Shown here: piece by piece, positions 1 through 14,630 of the stretch
Numbering within the stretch: the stretch's first letter is position 1
Layout of the letters: every line of letters begins with the position of its first letter
Assembly (NCBI GenBank): GCA_023231475.1
Contig: JALJEE010002383.1
Coordinates: 1-56,786 of the forward strand
Direction: 5' to 3'
From: Seison nebaliae
Lineage: Eukaryota
Length of the DNA stretch: 56,786 nucleotides
Made by a program: the position numbers and the translations under genes
Notes under the pieces: generated by a model
What the model saw: the letters and a program-made list of their open reading frames with translations, nothing else
Database searches by the model: none
Told to the model about the DNA's origin: nothing

Positions 1-1035
1 TCTATAAAGGACATGGTAAGGACACATCGGAAGTAAATTCTTATCGTCCAATCTGTGTCGCTAGTGGTTTGATTAAAGTGATCGAACAAATAATTAAGAA
101 TCGTTATTCAAAAGAATTATATTCTTCGGAATTTCAATTCACGTATCGAGAAGTTAATAGAGGAACTTTGCCACTTATTCTTCTTCTAAAGTTTCTGATT
201 TCTTTCTCACGTATTATGACCTCGCAGTTTATTTTTTTCTTTATGGATGCTTCTAAAGCGTTCGATTCTGTCAGTATGTCGCATGGTATCGACATATTAC
301 GTAACGAGGGAATTGATGACTATTCTGAAGATTATTGTGTGATTATTATATGTGTGAAGATAAAGATTATTGAATTCATCAATAATCGGTTATCTATCGT
401 AGGAATCTTATGTAATGAGAGTAAATCGTCAATTTTGTCAAATATTTCGAAATTTCCAATACGTTATGACTTAGAGAAATTGGTGTCTAAGGAAACAGCA
501 CTTGTAGATCGCGTAAGATGTAAATTCCTTAGATCTTTCTACTCCTTCCATCATCGCTGCAAGTTTTTTTCTCTCAAATTGAAGTTGAAATTATTTGTCT
601 GTTACGGGTGTGACTTTTATGGGTTACCGGTATCCATCTCGAATACTGATAAGTCATTACGATGTCTTGATCGAACATATAATAGAACAGTTCGGATGAT
701 GCTCGGTTGTCATAAGCCTTTTAATAGAGCATTTATGTTCACGATTTGCGAATTGACTCCTTTGCCATTACTCCTCGCACAGAGGTATCTGAAAGTAGTT
801 GATTCTGTTCGCAGTTCAACTCTTTCAGTTCCAACGTATACACAATATGAATACGCCTCTCCAATTTTTCTGCCGTTATTACTCGTTAAATTATCCTCTT
901 TCAATGGAAGACGCTTTATCGGTGACATCTAATTTTGATTTGTCTTATCACGTTCCTAAAGCACTCAAGCATTTTATTGTAACGGGCAGGAACCTAATCT
1001 TAAATAACTCCTTTAAGGAGTTATCTTTTTTTATT
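1..1035 (+). mobile_element. Degenerate non-LTR retrotransposon (LINE) 3' fragment: RT remnant plus 3' UTR
   Basis: The frame reads LYKGHGKDTSEVNSYRPIC...FFMDASKAFDSV (RT motifs YRPI and DxSKAFD), but the QG/YADD region is missing. The 3' part is clearly homologous to 52640-53320 and ends in the same palindrome plus T-tract. Confidence 0.8.
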
Positions 1036-1227
1036 TAATGTAAATTATTAGAATATCTTTATAAATTAAATGTATAATGTCTTTCTCCAATAAAATTAAC
1101 ATTCCGACGGAACTGTTGCGGAAATTAGTAATTATTTTAGTAGAATTATGATAATTTATTCTGAAATTCAATGAATTTAGGAATAATAAATGAAAGAAAC
1201 ATATTTTAGATAATTTGACGAAAGACG

Positions 1228-2105
1228 ATGCTAAAGTTCACTAACAATTTAGAAAACGTTAGAAATCTGAAAGGAATAAAAATTTAACAAAACCTTACAC
1301 TATGTTATAAATCTTAAGTGTTACAAAAATGTTTATATTCAACATTATATTTTTTGTTTTTTTTGGAACGATTAGTCAGATAACATGTCTTGGAGAATGT
1401 CCAATGGGAGAGACGGCGACAAACAGCGAATCGAAAATGTGCAGTTAAATTATATTACTCAAAATCTTCAATTAATATACGAAATCTGTTGATTAGAAAA
1501 GTACTTCTCTTCCAAAGATAAATTAGTGATTAATGAAGATTCCAATTTTTGTGAAATGTTCCATCATTTTCAAATGATATTTCCTTGTTCTGAAAAATGC
1601 TGGACACGACGTTGGCCTTTGAGATATTGCAAAATTTTGGGGAAAGCTTTTAAGAATGCCAATTCGCAAGTTTATTTCACACAAATTCATCAAAAATTCA
1701 TTAACATTCCACTTTTCAGGGGAAATACTTTATTCAATTCATATACGATTTCCTGTTTCAACATCTCAAGAGACTTTCTCAAAGGAAAGTAGTTAATTGC
1801 CGAAAAATTAGTCATCATCTAACTAACCTGGCATTGAAAGCATACAGTAGTACAGAGTCGAAATTCTGTACAGCTGTTCCTTCAAATATGATTCACGTCA
1901 TCGAAATATTACAAGAAGATTTAACTCATCCTAAGTTTATAGTTTTCATACTTATATGTTGTGGAATTTGAATCGTTTTAGAATATTTGTACCATTACAA
2001 AAAGCGATTGAAGATTGTTCAATTGACGAACAAAGAAATTTTTTTATCGCTTTAAGAGAAGCGGAAGAATATCAGAGTAATGAGAATGAGATAAATTCAT
2101 TATAA
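1228..2105 (+). CDS. Uncharacterised Cys-containing protein, about 5 exons; 5' end uncertain
   Basis: GTT-AG introns starting at about 1258, 1444, 1670 and 1935 join an open frame (ITCLGECPMGET...FCEMFHHFQMIFPCSEKCWTRRWPLRYCKIL...GKYFIQF...NCRKISHH...KFCTAVPSN...EINSL*). Confidence 0.6.
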
Positions 2106-3253
2106 AGTTAAATAAAATTTTCCTATTCTTCTATATGTTTAGTTCCTAAAATCTTTTTAAGTTCTAATGTTATTTTCAAAAACAAATTATTATGTGTAAT
2201 AATATTGTCTTAATAATGATTATAATATTATAATTTATTAAACTGATATATTCCCCTAAAATACTTGTAAGTAAATATTGTATTGAACGAATTATATTCT
2301 CTTGTTAGGGGAATGATTAAAAATTAGGTAATATATAATGTGAAAAAATAAATGTTTGTTCATATTAATTCGTTGAAATAAAAAAGTTCTCAATGCCGAA
2401 TCAAAGAACTGAATGAGATTGATGAAAATGAGGAAAAAAATAAGAATAATTCTAGTGAATCTTCCCGATTATGTTAGTTAGATAGAATTAATAGAGGAAT
2501 GTGTCGAAAGGAATGTTATCTAAAACTTTATTTGCAAATGGATAGACGAATGTTACTGTTGAATAATGATCCTTAGGAAGCGATATGTGAGATGATAATG
2601 AAAGAGAAGACAAATGGAATATTCCAAGTAGCTTCATTGTTTCCAAAAGTAACATGGTGAAAAGGACAATGCGGATCGTGTTGAATGGGTGGTGTTGAGC
2701 AAACACATAAGCTTCGAATTCGGTCCAACAAAATGAACGGTTTGATGTAAATGAATGATTTGGAGGAAATTGTTCATTTTTTTCAAGGTGATGCATGGTC
2801 AAACATGATGACGATAAACAATTAGGGAATGAGATGGATGTTAAATTAACATTGAACTAGAATGTAAACAAACAAAAAATTTTGAGAAAAAAGATTTATT
2901 TGAAATGATAAATTCTTAAAATTTTTCAAAATTTCCTTCTATTTATCATTCTCTTCATCTTCTTGTGATGTCATTTCCCAATAAATGAATAATCATTGAA
3001 GGGAATGTTGTTGTTAATACTTCTTATCTTCATTAAATTATGATGTTCAGACAATTATCCACGTGAATTTTTCATTTTTTTCTTCTTTCTCTCTTCTCTT
3101 CATCTATTGGAATTTATTTGGAATTTGCTATCGAATAAAAGACGATTCGATAAGAATTCTTCCAGCATCAAGTTCTTATCTTCTTGAGAGCAGTTCGGTG
3201 GGAGATGTATTAACAATTTCACACGAGAAATATTTTGACGATCATTTTGAAAA

Positions 3254-4936
<1,683 letters not shown>

Positions 4937-5361
4937 GAAGATAAGATCATTTAACTTAAAATCATCACAATATTATACGACCATCGAATATTCCAAAAAG
5001 AAATTTTTTTTTATTAAAATCGTCGCTGCCTCTCTCTTTCTCTCTCTCAAATACTGATAGAGTTTCTAGTACTGTAATATATACGTACGTTTATTTTTTC
5101 GTTTTTCTCAAAACTCGCTTACAGAAAATATTGAACATAACCGGTTTTGTGATACAGACAATTTATCTGATATTCCAATTTCATCACATGCAAATGGAGA
5201 ACATTTGAATTTATTTTTCTTCTCTTTTTAATTCGCACAATATGTTTTAATCATAATAAAATTTATTGGGCATTTTATTTCAATTTCATTTACTTATCTT
5301 TATATTTCAATTATATAAAGTAATATTCTTTTAATATCACTCCTCATTCGATAAGTTGAAC

Positions 5362-5634
<273 letters not shown>

Positions 5635-6116
5635 TTATTTGAATTGATAGTAATCTTAAAAAAAAATGAAATCTAATTTTTAAATAATTGTACAAAGATT
5701 GAATTTCTATTTGATTCCATCTATTAATCATAATTCGGTTTGAAAAATAATTCACTTATATTTACGATTGCCTCAAAATGAGATACGATCGCGTAGTATA
5801 CCATGACTCATCTCGATCTTATACATCCATAATGAAATTTCATAAAATTTGTGCGAATTCCCAACGGATAAAAAAAACTATGATTCGTACATGACTATTT
5901 CTTACTCTTTCTTATACTCGTTAGTAACTTTATATGATCGTTGAGAATGTATGAGAACATAATAATATGAATTTTAGTGATTTAATTTAATTTGATTTTA
6001 AATGTTAAGCTGAAAATAGAATAATTCAAAATAATCTGATAAAATTTAATTTTATGTTTATCTCTTCTTTCTCCTGTTGTAAACGATAACCTGACATTTG
6101 ATGACAATAATTCAGG

Positions 6117-8693
6117 ATGAGATTAGAACAAGAAAGGAAACAAGTTTTGGCGTTGAAGAATCTCGCCGATCGCTGTTCATCGACTGCACGAACAACAGAA
6201 AATCATTTCGACAATTTGTTGAATAAGATAGATGATTTATCGGGAGAGATGAAGAAAGTGGAAGAGAAAGGTAATTTTGTTCAATTACGTTGTCGAAGTT
6301 TGTATTAAATAAAATAATTTTTGAATTTATTTTTTAGATATTGATATTGCGTTGAAATATACGGGTAAATTCTTAGAAATGAAAATGAGAGCGAATGCTG
6401 CTATCGAACAATTGGAAGATCAATTAACATCACAAAAATATTCAGCCGATATCAATAAAGAGATGAATGAATCCATTAAAATTCTCAATTCAAAAGAATT
6501 CACTTCTTTAGATAAAGTGACTGCGAATCGATTGAATAGTCATTTGATGACACTTGTTCCGATGATGGAGAAACATTTCATCATTACTTTACGAAGTCAT
6601 CTCAATATGATTGGAGGGAAAGTAATAGAAGAGAAGAATTATGAAAAGATTAATGAAATTATATCGAGTGATATTTTGAAAGAATTGAATGATGTCATTT
6701 TTAGTTTATTAAGAATCAATCCAACTTTCAATAATGTTATACGAAAAGAGATGAGTGACATATTCCAAAATTGGTATCTTCGATCTCTTTACGAATTCTT
6801 AACTCTTTTCATCGAACGAAGTCATAAGAGAGGTATTTATAATTATTATCCGAATGCAATTCCAATGTCTCTCATCAATCCAAAAACATCGAATGATCTC
6901 TATCATCATTTGGAAAAGTATCATGAAAGTTTTATTTATTTCATTTTCATTCTTTCTTCTAATCCTTTCTCAGATATCAGATTAGGATCGTGGCCAATAT
7001 GTGATGGCGTCAGAATTCCAACAACTCAATCGATCGACGCTCATGAATTTCATGTGGATTATGAAATAGAATTGTTTCCCGAGGTATTCAAAGCACATCT
7101 CTTTATTCTGAAAACTTTGAAATCGATTTTATGTTCAAATGACAATCCATTATTCCCTCAAGACTGCTCAGTTTTCGCCCTTCCAGTTGATATCAATTTC
7201 GTGGTAGATATCATTAAAAATCTCTCCAATAATTTGATATCGAAAGAATTGGATGTTCTCTCTTATTCTTCTTTTTTAAATCATTTTCTTCCATTAGATT
7301 TATAAGCGATGGATCATGAAACATTATGGAGGAGAAAGAAGTATTCAATTATTAAATATTCTTTTTCCCACTTACAAAAAAATTCTACAATCAACTGATG
7401 AAGCTGAAACATTATTACATCAATCATTCGCTAAGAATTTATCAGCTGATCGCTATAATGTTTCATTATTATTATTATTAACGTTCTTATTTTATTCTTT
7501 CAACGAACATTTCTTTCAGTCTCATATATTGAAGAGAAATATGGTTCATGACAATTGTTCAGTAAGGACTGATGTCGACACTTTCATAGAAACGAAAAAT
7601 TCTTTCTTAGAATTGGTTCATATAATTCTTTAAATTATCAAAATTAATTTTAAAAATTCAGTTAGTATTAGCTGTTGATATATACATGAAAACGATTCCA
7701 ACTCTTGATGATGAAGTTCCTGATGATGCCACCGTCAGTATCCATACATGCGATGTTCATTTCTTTTTATCCAATTTCAAATTATTTCAATATCATTTCT
7801 AATTTTGAAGGTGATCAATTTCTTAGATATTCTCATAGAGAATAAACAATATCTATCCTCCATGTTCCTCAAAATGAAGAACACAAACAAAGACAAAGAC
7901 ATTCTTCAAAAGATCTTTGTGAAGGTGTTACAGGATCTGGAGACATGTTTATTCCATCGACAGCCAACACTTAAACATCATGTCTATTTGCTCAACAATC
8001 AGAATCACATCTACAAATATATATTAAAGTTCAATCGATTCTTAATTTTAATATATTCACTTTATTGTTGTTGTAGAGTGAAAGAACATTTTCCTCCCAC
8101 ATTCATTGCAGATCGATTACGCAATGCGAATGATATACAAAGTGAAGAGAAAGAATATATTCATAAAAAGTTTCTATTTCTATAATTTATTCTTCATTTT
8201 TTTTTCCTCTAGTACTTTTGGTGTATCGTTCAATATTCGTGCAAAAATCGATAAAGATGGTGAATTATTTTCTAGACTTAATCGACAACATTCTAAAGTT
8301 TTCATCATATTCATTTATTCAGTCTGTAATACTTTTATTCCATTTCCTCTTTCAATATAGTTGACGTCTACTCAGAGAAATACAGTGAAACAAATATTTA
8401 ATGTTATTCTCTAACATTTTCTTTTCTCTTAACAAATTTATTTATTTCATTAGGATGTGAATGCCGATTTGAAAACGTATTTTAACACTCAAACAAAATT
8501 ATTGATTCCCGATGAAGAACTCAGATTGGAAATGATTCAACATGCAACGAAAGTTATCGAACCGGCATATCAGAAATTCTTCGCTATTTTCGCACAAGCT
8601 GATTTCACTAAAAATCCCGATAAATATTTGAAGTATAAACCGATGGAGATGTCACGACTCTTACAAACATTGTATACTGCATCACACCGTTGA
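6117..8693 (+). CDS. EXOC7: Exocyst complex component 7 (Exo70)-like, about 11 exons
   Basis: VPDDATV motif, HVYLLNNQNHIYK, and an Exo70-type C-terminus (QTKLLIPDEELR...PAYQKFF...ADFTKNPDKYLKY). Ten short GTT-AG introns restore one frame. Confidence 0.85.
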
Positions 8694-8877
8694 ATTAGGA
8701 TAGTTCAAATGGTCGAGACGAAAGCTAAAATTTTAAATCCCATTCTTAAAATGAACAGAGAAATTTAGTGATATAAATAAATCGGAAATATATTTATGAG
8801 ATAATTTACAATATTGTTCCTCCTTTCAATTTTTCTTCTATTTTTGCTGGAAATAAATTTCTTTTGACTATAACAAA

Positions 8878-9729
8878 ATGGTTCGATCTTCATCGATGCA
8901 ATTAGTTCATAAAATATTCTCACGCTATATTCACTCGTCAAAGAATTTGAAGACAAAAACGGTTTTGATAACTGGCAGTACAAGTGGAATTGGATTAGGA
9001 ATTGCGCGTGTCTTCGCTGCTTCTCCCAAAGAGAAATATAACATTGTCCTTCATGGATTGGAGGAGAATGGAGCGAATATCTCTCATCAATTAGGAAAGG
9101 AATTCGAAATACAAACAGATCATTCAAATGCCAATTGTGGTAAACCAGAAGAATTAATTGATTTAGTTGAACGAATTAATCGACGCTTTGGTTCCATCGA
9201 TATTTTGATTAATAATGCAGGAATTCAACATGTATCTCCAATCGAGAATTTTCCCGGTGAGAAATGGCAGGCGATAATCGACATTAATCTTTCCTCCATT
9301 TTCCATTTGAGCAAAGCCGTTTGGCCGAAAATGCAGGATAATAATTGGGGAAGAATAATTAATGTGGCATCAGTTCATGGACTTCGTGCTTCCGAATATA
9401 AAACTGCTTATGTTGCATCGAAACATGGAGCATTAGGCCTATCGAAAGTTTTGGCGTTGGAAGGAGCTCGTTATAATATAACATCAAATTGTATTTGTCC
9501 TGGATATGTGAAGACACCGATAATTGATAAGCAGATAAAGGATCAAGCTAAAGTTCATGGAATTGATGAAGATAAAGTTGTCTCTGATGTGATTCTGAAG
9601 AAACATGTCATCAAAAAATTTATTCCAACTGAAACAATTGGAGAAATGGCTTTTTGGTTGGCATCCGATTCTGCGGCAGCTGTTACTGGAACGTCCATCT
9701 CATTAGATGCTGGATGGCAAGCAAATTAA
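8878..9729 (+). CDS. D-3-hydroxybutyrate dehydrogenase, bacterial-type SDR, intronless, with putative mitochondrial presequence
   Basis: TGSTSGIG NAD-binding motif, NNAGIQH, SVHG, YVASK catalytic motif, CPGYVKTP and LDAGW, typical of HBDH/BdhA. About 25-aa basic, Ser-rich N-terminal extension with no acidic residues. Confidence 0.9.
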   Translation: MVRSSSMQLVHKIFSRYIHSSKNLKTKTVLITGSTSGIGLGIARVFAASPKEKYNIVLHGLEENGANISHQLGKEFEIQTDHSNANCGKPEELIDLVERINRRFGSIDILINNAGIQHVSPIENFPGEKWQAIIDINLSSIFHLSKAVWPKMQDNNWGRIINVASVHGLRASEYKTAYVASKHGALGLSKVLALEGARYNITSNCICPGYVKTPIIDKQIKDQAKVHGIDEDKVVSDVILKKHVIKKFIPTETIGEMAFWLASDSAAAVTGTSISLDAGWQAN

Positions 9730-9839
9730 TTTAATTTAAATTATTCACTTCTAACTTTAGATATGAAAATTGTTAAAAAGAATTTCTATTACGGGAACTT
9801 ATTTATTTGAAAAGAAATAAAGATGTTGCGTTAAAAAAT

Positions 9840-10417
9840 TTATGAAAATAAAACGGAATGAACAACGAGACAACTGATCATTAATGAAATTAATATAGAA
9901 TTCCATCGATTCCGATAAGCGAAATTGCAACAAGGTGTCTCACAACATGTCGATTCGATTTGTTGCGTCTCTCCCGTATTAACATCGTCCAATGTTACGA
10001 TCTCATTCCGACAAGTCTTCTCACAATTCCTTTGTATTCGAGTTATTTCGCCCAAATAATTTTTTGTCGTTACTTTCTTCCATTGAAATAATTAGAAGGA
10101 GACAAAAAGAAAAAATAATAAACCCTGCAAAAACCGACGCATTGTTGAACTGGTAATTTTTCAGTGATTTTTATCATCGATTCTTGGTAGAACTGATTGG
10201 ACATTGTGGCTTTTGTTATATGGCCATAAGGATTGGATTGATGTTCGCAGTTGATATTATTTCTCGTATCACATATGAAACATACAAGACCAAAAAATGG
10301 TTTTGTACCATATCGTTTTGATATTATATTGTTCGTAATGTTTACATCGATCACATCGCTCGAACGTGAAATATATAAAGAGCATAAAAGGAATGTTATA
10401 ATAATGTTATTCCTCAT
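9840..10417 (-). CDS. Ly6/uPAR three-finger protein, secreted/GPI-anchored (quiver/sleepless-like), 2 exons
   Basis: Signal peptide, CFIC...C...CVGFC, QRNCEKTC, terminal CCETPCCN and a hydrophobic C-terminal tail. GTT donor at 10123. Confidence 0.8.
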
Positions 10418-11458
10418 TCGTTTTACAGTAGTGGTGGGACGTCCTTATAGATTTTCATTACAACTTTTCCCTGATCGTTGTGTTTCGTCAGCACTGGAGC
10501 TGATATGACACAATAATTGAAGGAAATTGGAGGAGATGTGGAGATTTTTGAAGAGGTAGGAATTAAATTTCCAAAGTTCTATGACGGAATATAACGATAT
10601 GAATATCTGAACACGAATGAATAAATGAATGAATGAAGTTCCAATTGAGAAGAACAGAAAGATAACTTCAATGAGCAAACATCTTCCAGTACTGCTATCT
10701 ATTGTTCTCCATTATTTGTTTTCCACATGAAACTGATAAAACTTCCAATATTTAAAATTTTCATTGTCTTATTTCCTTTTGAGTTCCTCTACCTTTTTAG
10801 TTAGACATTGGAGACCTTCTCACCTTTTCTGTTTTTTTTCATATTATATTTCATCATCACCTTCATTTCCACTAACTAACATCCCTCCTTCGCTTCTCAA
10901 TTCATTCTCAATAGGTATTCAAATTTTTATAATCTCCTTAAAATTACTTAAAAATATTAGCATGAATCAGGTTAACATCTCCCACCCACAATCTTCACCC
11001 TCCTCATCTAGAATTATAACCTGATCATTAGAACATAATTAAATAAACGAGGAGGAAATTGTTTTCGACGTGTTCAACTTCTGTTTTTGATATTCATAAT
11101 AATACCCGATCTAATCTTGTGAATTATTATTCAAATTCAATATCAACCTATTGAAAATAACATATTTAATTAACATAACTTAAAAATTAACAATTCTCTT
11201 CCTAATCTTAGAATTTATATGGTACCAAAATATTTATCGAGTTATTTTTCATGAGGATGGTGAAAATGCTTAGGACTGATATTCCAGTTTTCCTAATTAA
11301 TCGGTCACTTGTTGATTAATTTTCTTCTTACTTTGACTAATTTTAAACTTACACTACGTAGGATGGGATTAACTACTAACAATGTAAATTACTACGTGTA
11401 GATAAGTATCGGATATAATTTTAAAATATAAAAAAAATTTTATTGAAAATAAAAATTT

Positions 11459-11907
11459 TTAGAAGTTGAATAGATTAAATAAAAAAAAAGAAATTATCGT
11501 CAACAGTGAGTATTGTTGCAGAGTTGAATGGTTACAGTAATTATTTTGACAACATGCCACCGTGAATTTAGTTCCAGTTGCTTTATCTTTATCAATCTGA
11601 TTTCGACAGTCAGCGACACAAGATCGTTGTAAGGAAATCATTTGACCGTTGTTCATTTCCAATAACGTTTTCTATTAGGAAATAAGATAAGGATTAGATC
11701 AATTTAATAGGTAACTTGACAATATCCATCACAAGTGACATGTTGTATGACGGAAGGGGAAACGGTGGCATTCGTTTTACTGTAAACCGGAATTATGCGA
11801 CATTGTTCTGTCTTTTCGTCGCAATCATAGCAAGTAACTTCTTTAGCTTGGATCGGTATATAAATATTGATTAAAAGAAAAAAACAACATGTCAGTAGAT
11901 ATTTCAT
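11459..11907 (-). CDS. Second Ly6/uPAR three-finger GPI protein, 2 exons
   Basis: Signal peptide, CYDC...C...CDGYC, QRSCVADC, CCQNNYCN and a hydrophobic tail. GTT donor at 11715. Same architecture as 9840-10417. Confidence 0.8.
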
Positions 11908-12397
11908 TTTGATAATAAAAAAAAATTTTTGATTGAATAAAATAAAATTCTTATGGAATTTTCAGATCTTTTCTTTTAAATGACATTGACGGTGTCTTCC
12001 GATTGTTTATCTATGACAATATGTCTACATTTCTCAATGATATTCGATCTGTTTCTTCCTCCTTCACTTACCGTTCACACTTCTCTATTTCTTCCTCCTT
12101 CCATCGAGTCACATCGATGTCATGATTAAATTTCATATCTCATCTGAATCAATCGGTCTACAACCGAATATATTAAATTTCTCTCCCTCAAATGTAGTTG
12201 AGTTGAACATTTGTGAAATTTGTTTACGCCATCAATCTTTAATGGAAGAACGATTGTACAATTAGGAATTCGTCATTTCTAATAATGGTAAGCTTAATGG
12301 AATGTAAGTTTATAAAAGAATAAAATTTATAATCTTCAATGACAATATCGAAGCTTCCGCATTTTCAATTAAATTAACGGATCACATGACTTTCAAA

Positions 12398-13917
12398 TGA
12401 CGATTGATCATTTGAATTATAAATCTGATAAGTTTTTATTACTTCCATCAGAATCATTTGATAACTGTGATAATGGGAATGAATTATCTCTATTCGTCGC
12501 CGAATTCGCAGAACGTGAAGGACCGAAAGCAGCACTAGTTTTCAATTCAATCTTTTAAAACTCATTTTCAGAATAACAATAAAATTTGTTCTAGAACATT
12601 GTTGGTGATTTGAAAGATGTGAATGTGAACAAATTGTGCATTGCCATTCTTGATGTTGACTATCACAGTAATTTGACAAATGATTGGAAATTGTTAGACG
12701 ACATAATTGTTCTTCAGAGAAATATCTTACCAAAATACAGTGGAATTGTTAATATAAAATTTACTTTTTAATAAACGAGAATAGAAGAATTTTAAGAGAA
12801 GAGACTTCGAAACATAAAATGAAATTCTAATGGAACTCTAGTGAAAATTAAGAAATTTGAAACAAAATTTTAATTTTTTTCTAGTTGCTCTATTTAGTGT
12901 TATACGATGAGTTTGCAAGAGGATTTATCCGACCATTCGTCATTGTATTATTATGTCAAAATTATCAGTTTTCTCTTCATTTGTTTCATTTGAAGTAAAG
13001 TGATGATATTTTGTAGGTTTCTAAAAGAGAATTTCGTTCCTCTCTTCAATCACATGGAAAAGGTGAGAGATTTTTCTTCTTTGTCGAATTAACTACTCAA
13101 AAATAAAGTTTGGAAAGAAATTGAAGAAGATTAATTTACAGTCATTTGCAAAAGATGTGGAGATTTTATCGGAAATGAATAAAAGTTAAAATTGGAGAAT
13201 ATTGATGATAATATATACGTTGAATGTAGAGCGATTGAAGTTATTACGGAATGACAAAGAATGTACGAGAAGGAATAACCATTATAACGATATGAGAAAG
13301 AAGATAAGTGTGGCGAGAAACAGATCACAATCTTTACCATTAATATCGGATGTTTAGATGATTTCTACTCAATTCTTTCATTCTTTTGGAACGATTTTAG
13401 AAAAGTGCTTTGGATCGAATTGAGCGGAAATGTTTGTTTATATTCTAAAACTGCTTGTTTGGAGAGTATTCTTGTTCAACTTAATTTTTTTCCGGTGACA
13501 GCTTCAAGCCAATGGACAATTGCGGGACCATTAAATGCGTTACCTATTCACACAATGATGAAGCACGGAAGCAGATTGAAGGAGTTCGATCAAGATTTGA
13601 GGGAACTTCATTTATTGTGCGAAATGGATATTGTTGAATTGCAACATCATTTCATCAAATTATTCAATGTTTGTTTTTATTTCTTTCCTGAGCACCAAAA
13701 TTGAAGATTCTTATTAACATTTTCCATTTCTATCTGTACTCCCTCCCTCTATTTAGCAAGTTTCGGCCTTTCGCACTTAAACATAAAAGATGTTCTACGC
13801 AAAACATACGAATATGCGATGGAGTTAAGTGTCAACGTCAGACGAGAAGTTAATTGCTTCGGATTCCCTTTTTTCCGCTCATCATTATTTGCTAAGAGTG
13901 AAGCATTTACGAAATAA
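12398..13917 (+). CDS. SMCR8: SMCR8-like (folliculin-family longin domain) protein, multi-exon; both ends uncertain
   Basis: The spliced frame gives LFVAEFAEREGPKA, ILDVDY, LYDEFARGFIRPFVIV and KEFDQDLRELHLLCE, matching the SMCR8 motifs EFSEQVGP, IMSVDY, LYDLEARGFVRPF and FDKKLKTLEELC. This frame is fragmented in the ORF track. Confidence 0.7.
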
Positions 13918-14439
13918 TAAAAATTTTCCTGTCTTTTCCTTCTCATTTCGGAGAGTTGTTGGGGCGTAAGTTATCAAACATTCATCATTATCGCACGAAA
14001 AGTACATTAATTATATTACATGTTATGAAATTTTAAGTAAATTTTTTTTCGACGATAATATTGATCATTATCAATCATTTTCTTAGCCTCGTAAAAAAAC
14101 TGTTAGTTGTTCTTGCGGTTGAAACGGACAATAATTAGAAAAAAGATATGATTAATAGAAAGAAAAGTTGGTAGGAAAAATGACTGAAAATGATTGTGTT
14201 GGAATTTGTTTTTCCAATGAAATTGTATCGAAGAAAATTGAATTGAGTGACAATTACGTGAGACAATAGGAGAAACTCTCGAAAATTGAAGTAGATGGAT
14301 ATGATTGTTGATTGAAGGAGAAATGGACTCTACTTCATAACAGATTAGATTGAACAGATAAACAAATTTACAGATAAAGAAAAAGCAATTAGATTAAAAC
14401 AGAATTGAAAAGAATTCCTATTTCCTTCCTGTGCAATAA

Positions 14440-14630
14440 GGGCCGAAGTAGTTTTTCTTCCATTTCGAGCTTCAGTAGCGAAAGATTATCAGGTTAATTT
14501 GGAAATGGAGAAGAGGCAATAAGCATTTATCCTTCCATGAAATATGTTCCTGTTAGGAGTTACTGATTAATTTTCCGTAAAGCACGTAGTTTTAGACATT
14601 CGTATCCATTGAGTGCTTATGGTTCGCCTC
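14440..14630 (-). mobile_element. Possible highly decayed RTE-type LINE C-terminal remnant
   Basis: Frameshifted peptides WIRM, YVLYGKL and SWKDKC resemble the RTE C-terminal pattern RM..LYGEL..W/YKD. Confidence 0.3.

Noticed and set aside
1004..1032. Hairpin plus T-run resembling a rho-independent terminator
   Set aside because: It lies in a LINE 3' end within a eukaryotic genome; reported as a retroelement feature instead.
2488..2802. 104-aa minus-strand ORF
   Set aside because: No recognisable motif or splice support.
6117..8693. Fragmented ORFs suggesting stop-codon reassignment or pseudogenes
   Set aside because: The breaks are resolved by short GT-AG introns; intronless genes (LC8, HBDH, STEEP1) read normally in the standard code.
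8694..8877. Exo70-HBDH as an operon (184-bp gap)
   Set aside because: AATAAA and a U-rich tract are present, but no AG acceptor lies between the tract and the ATG.
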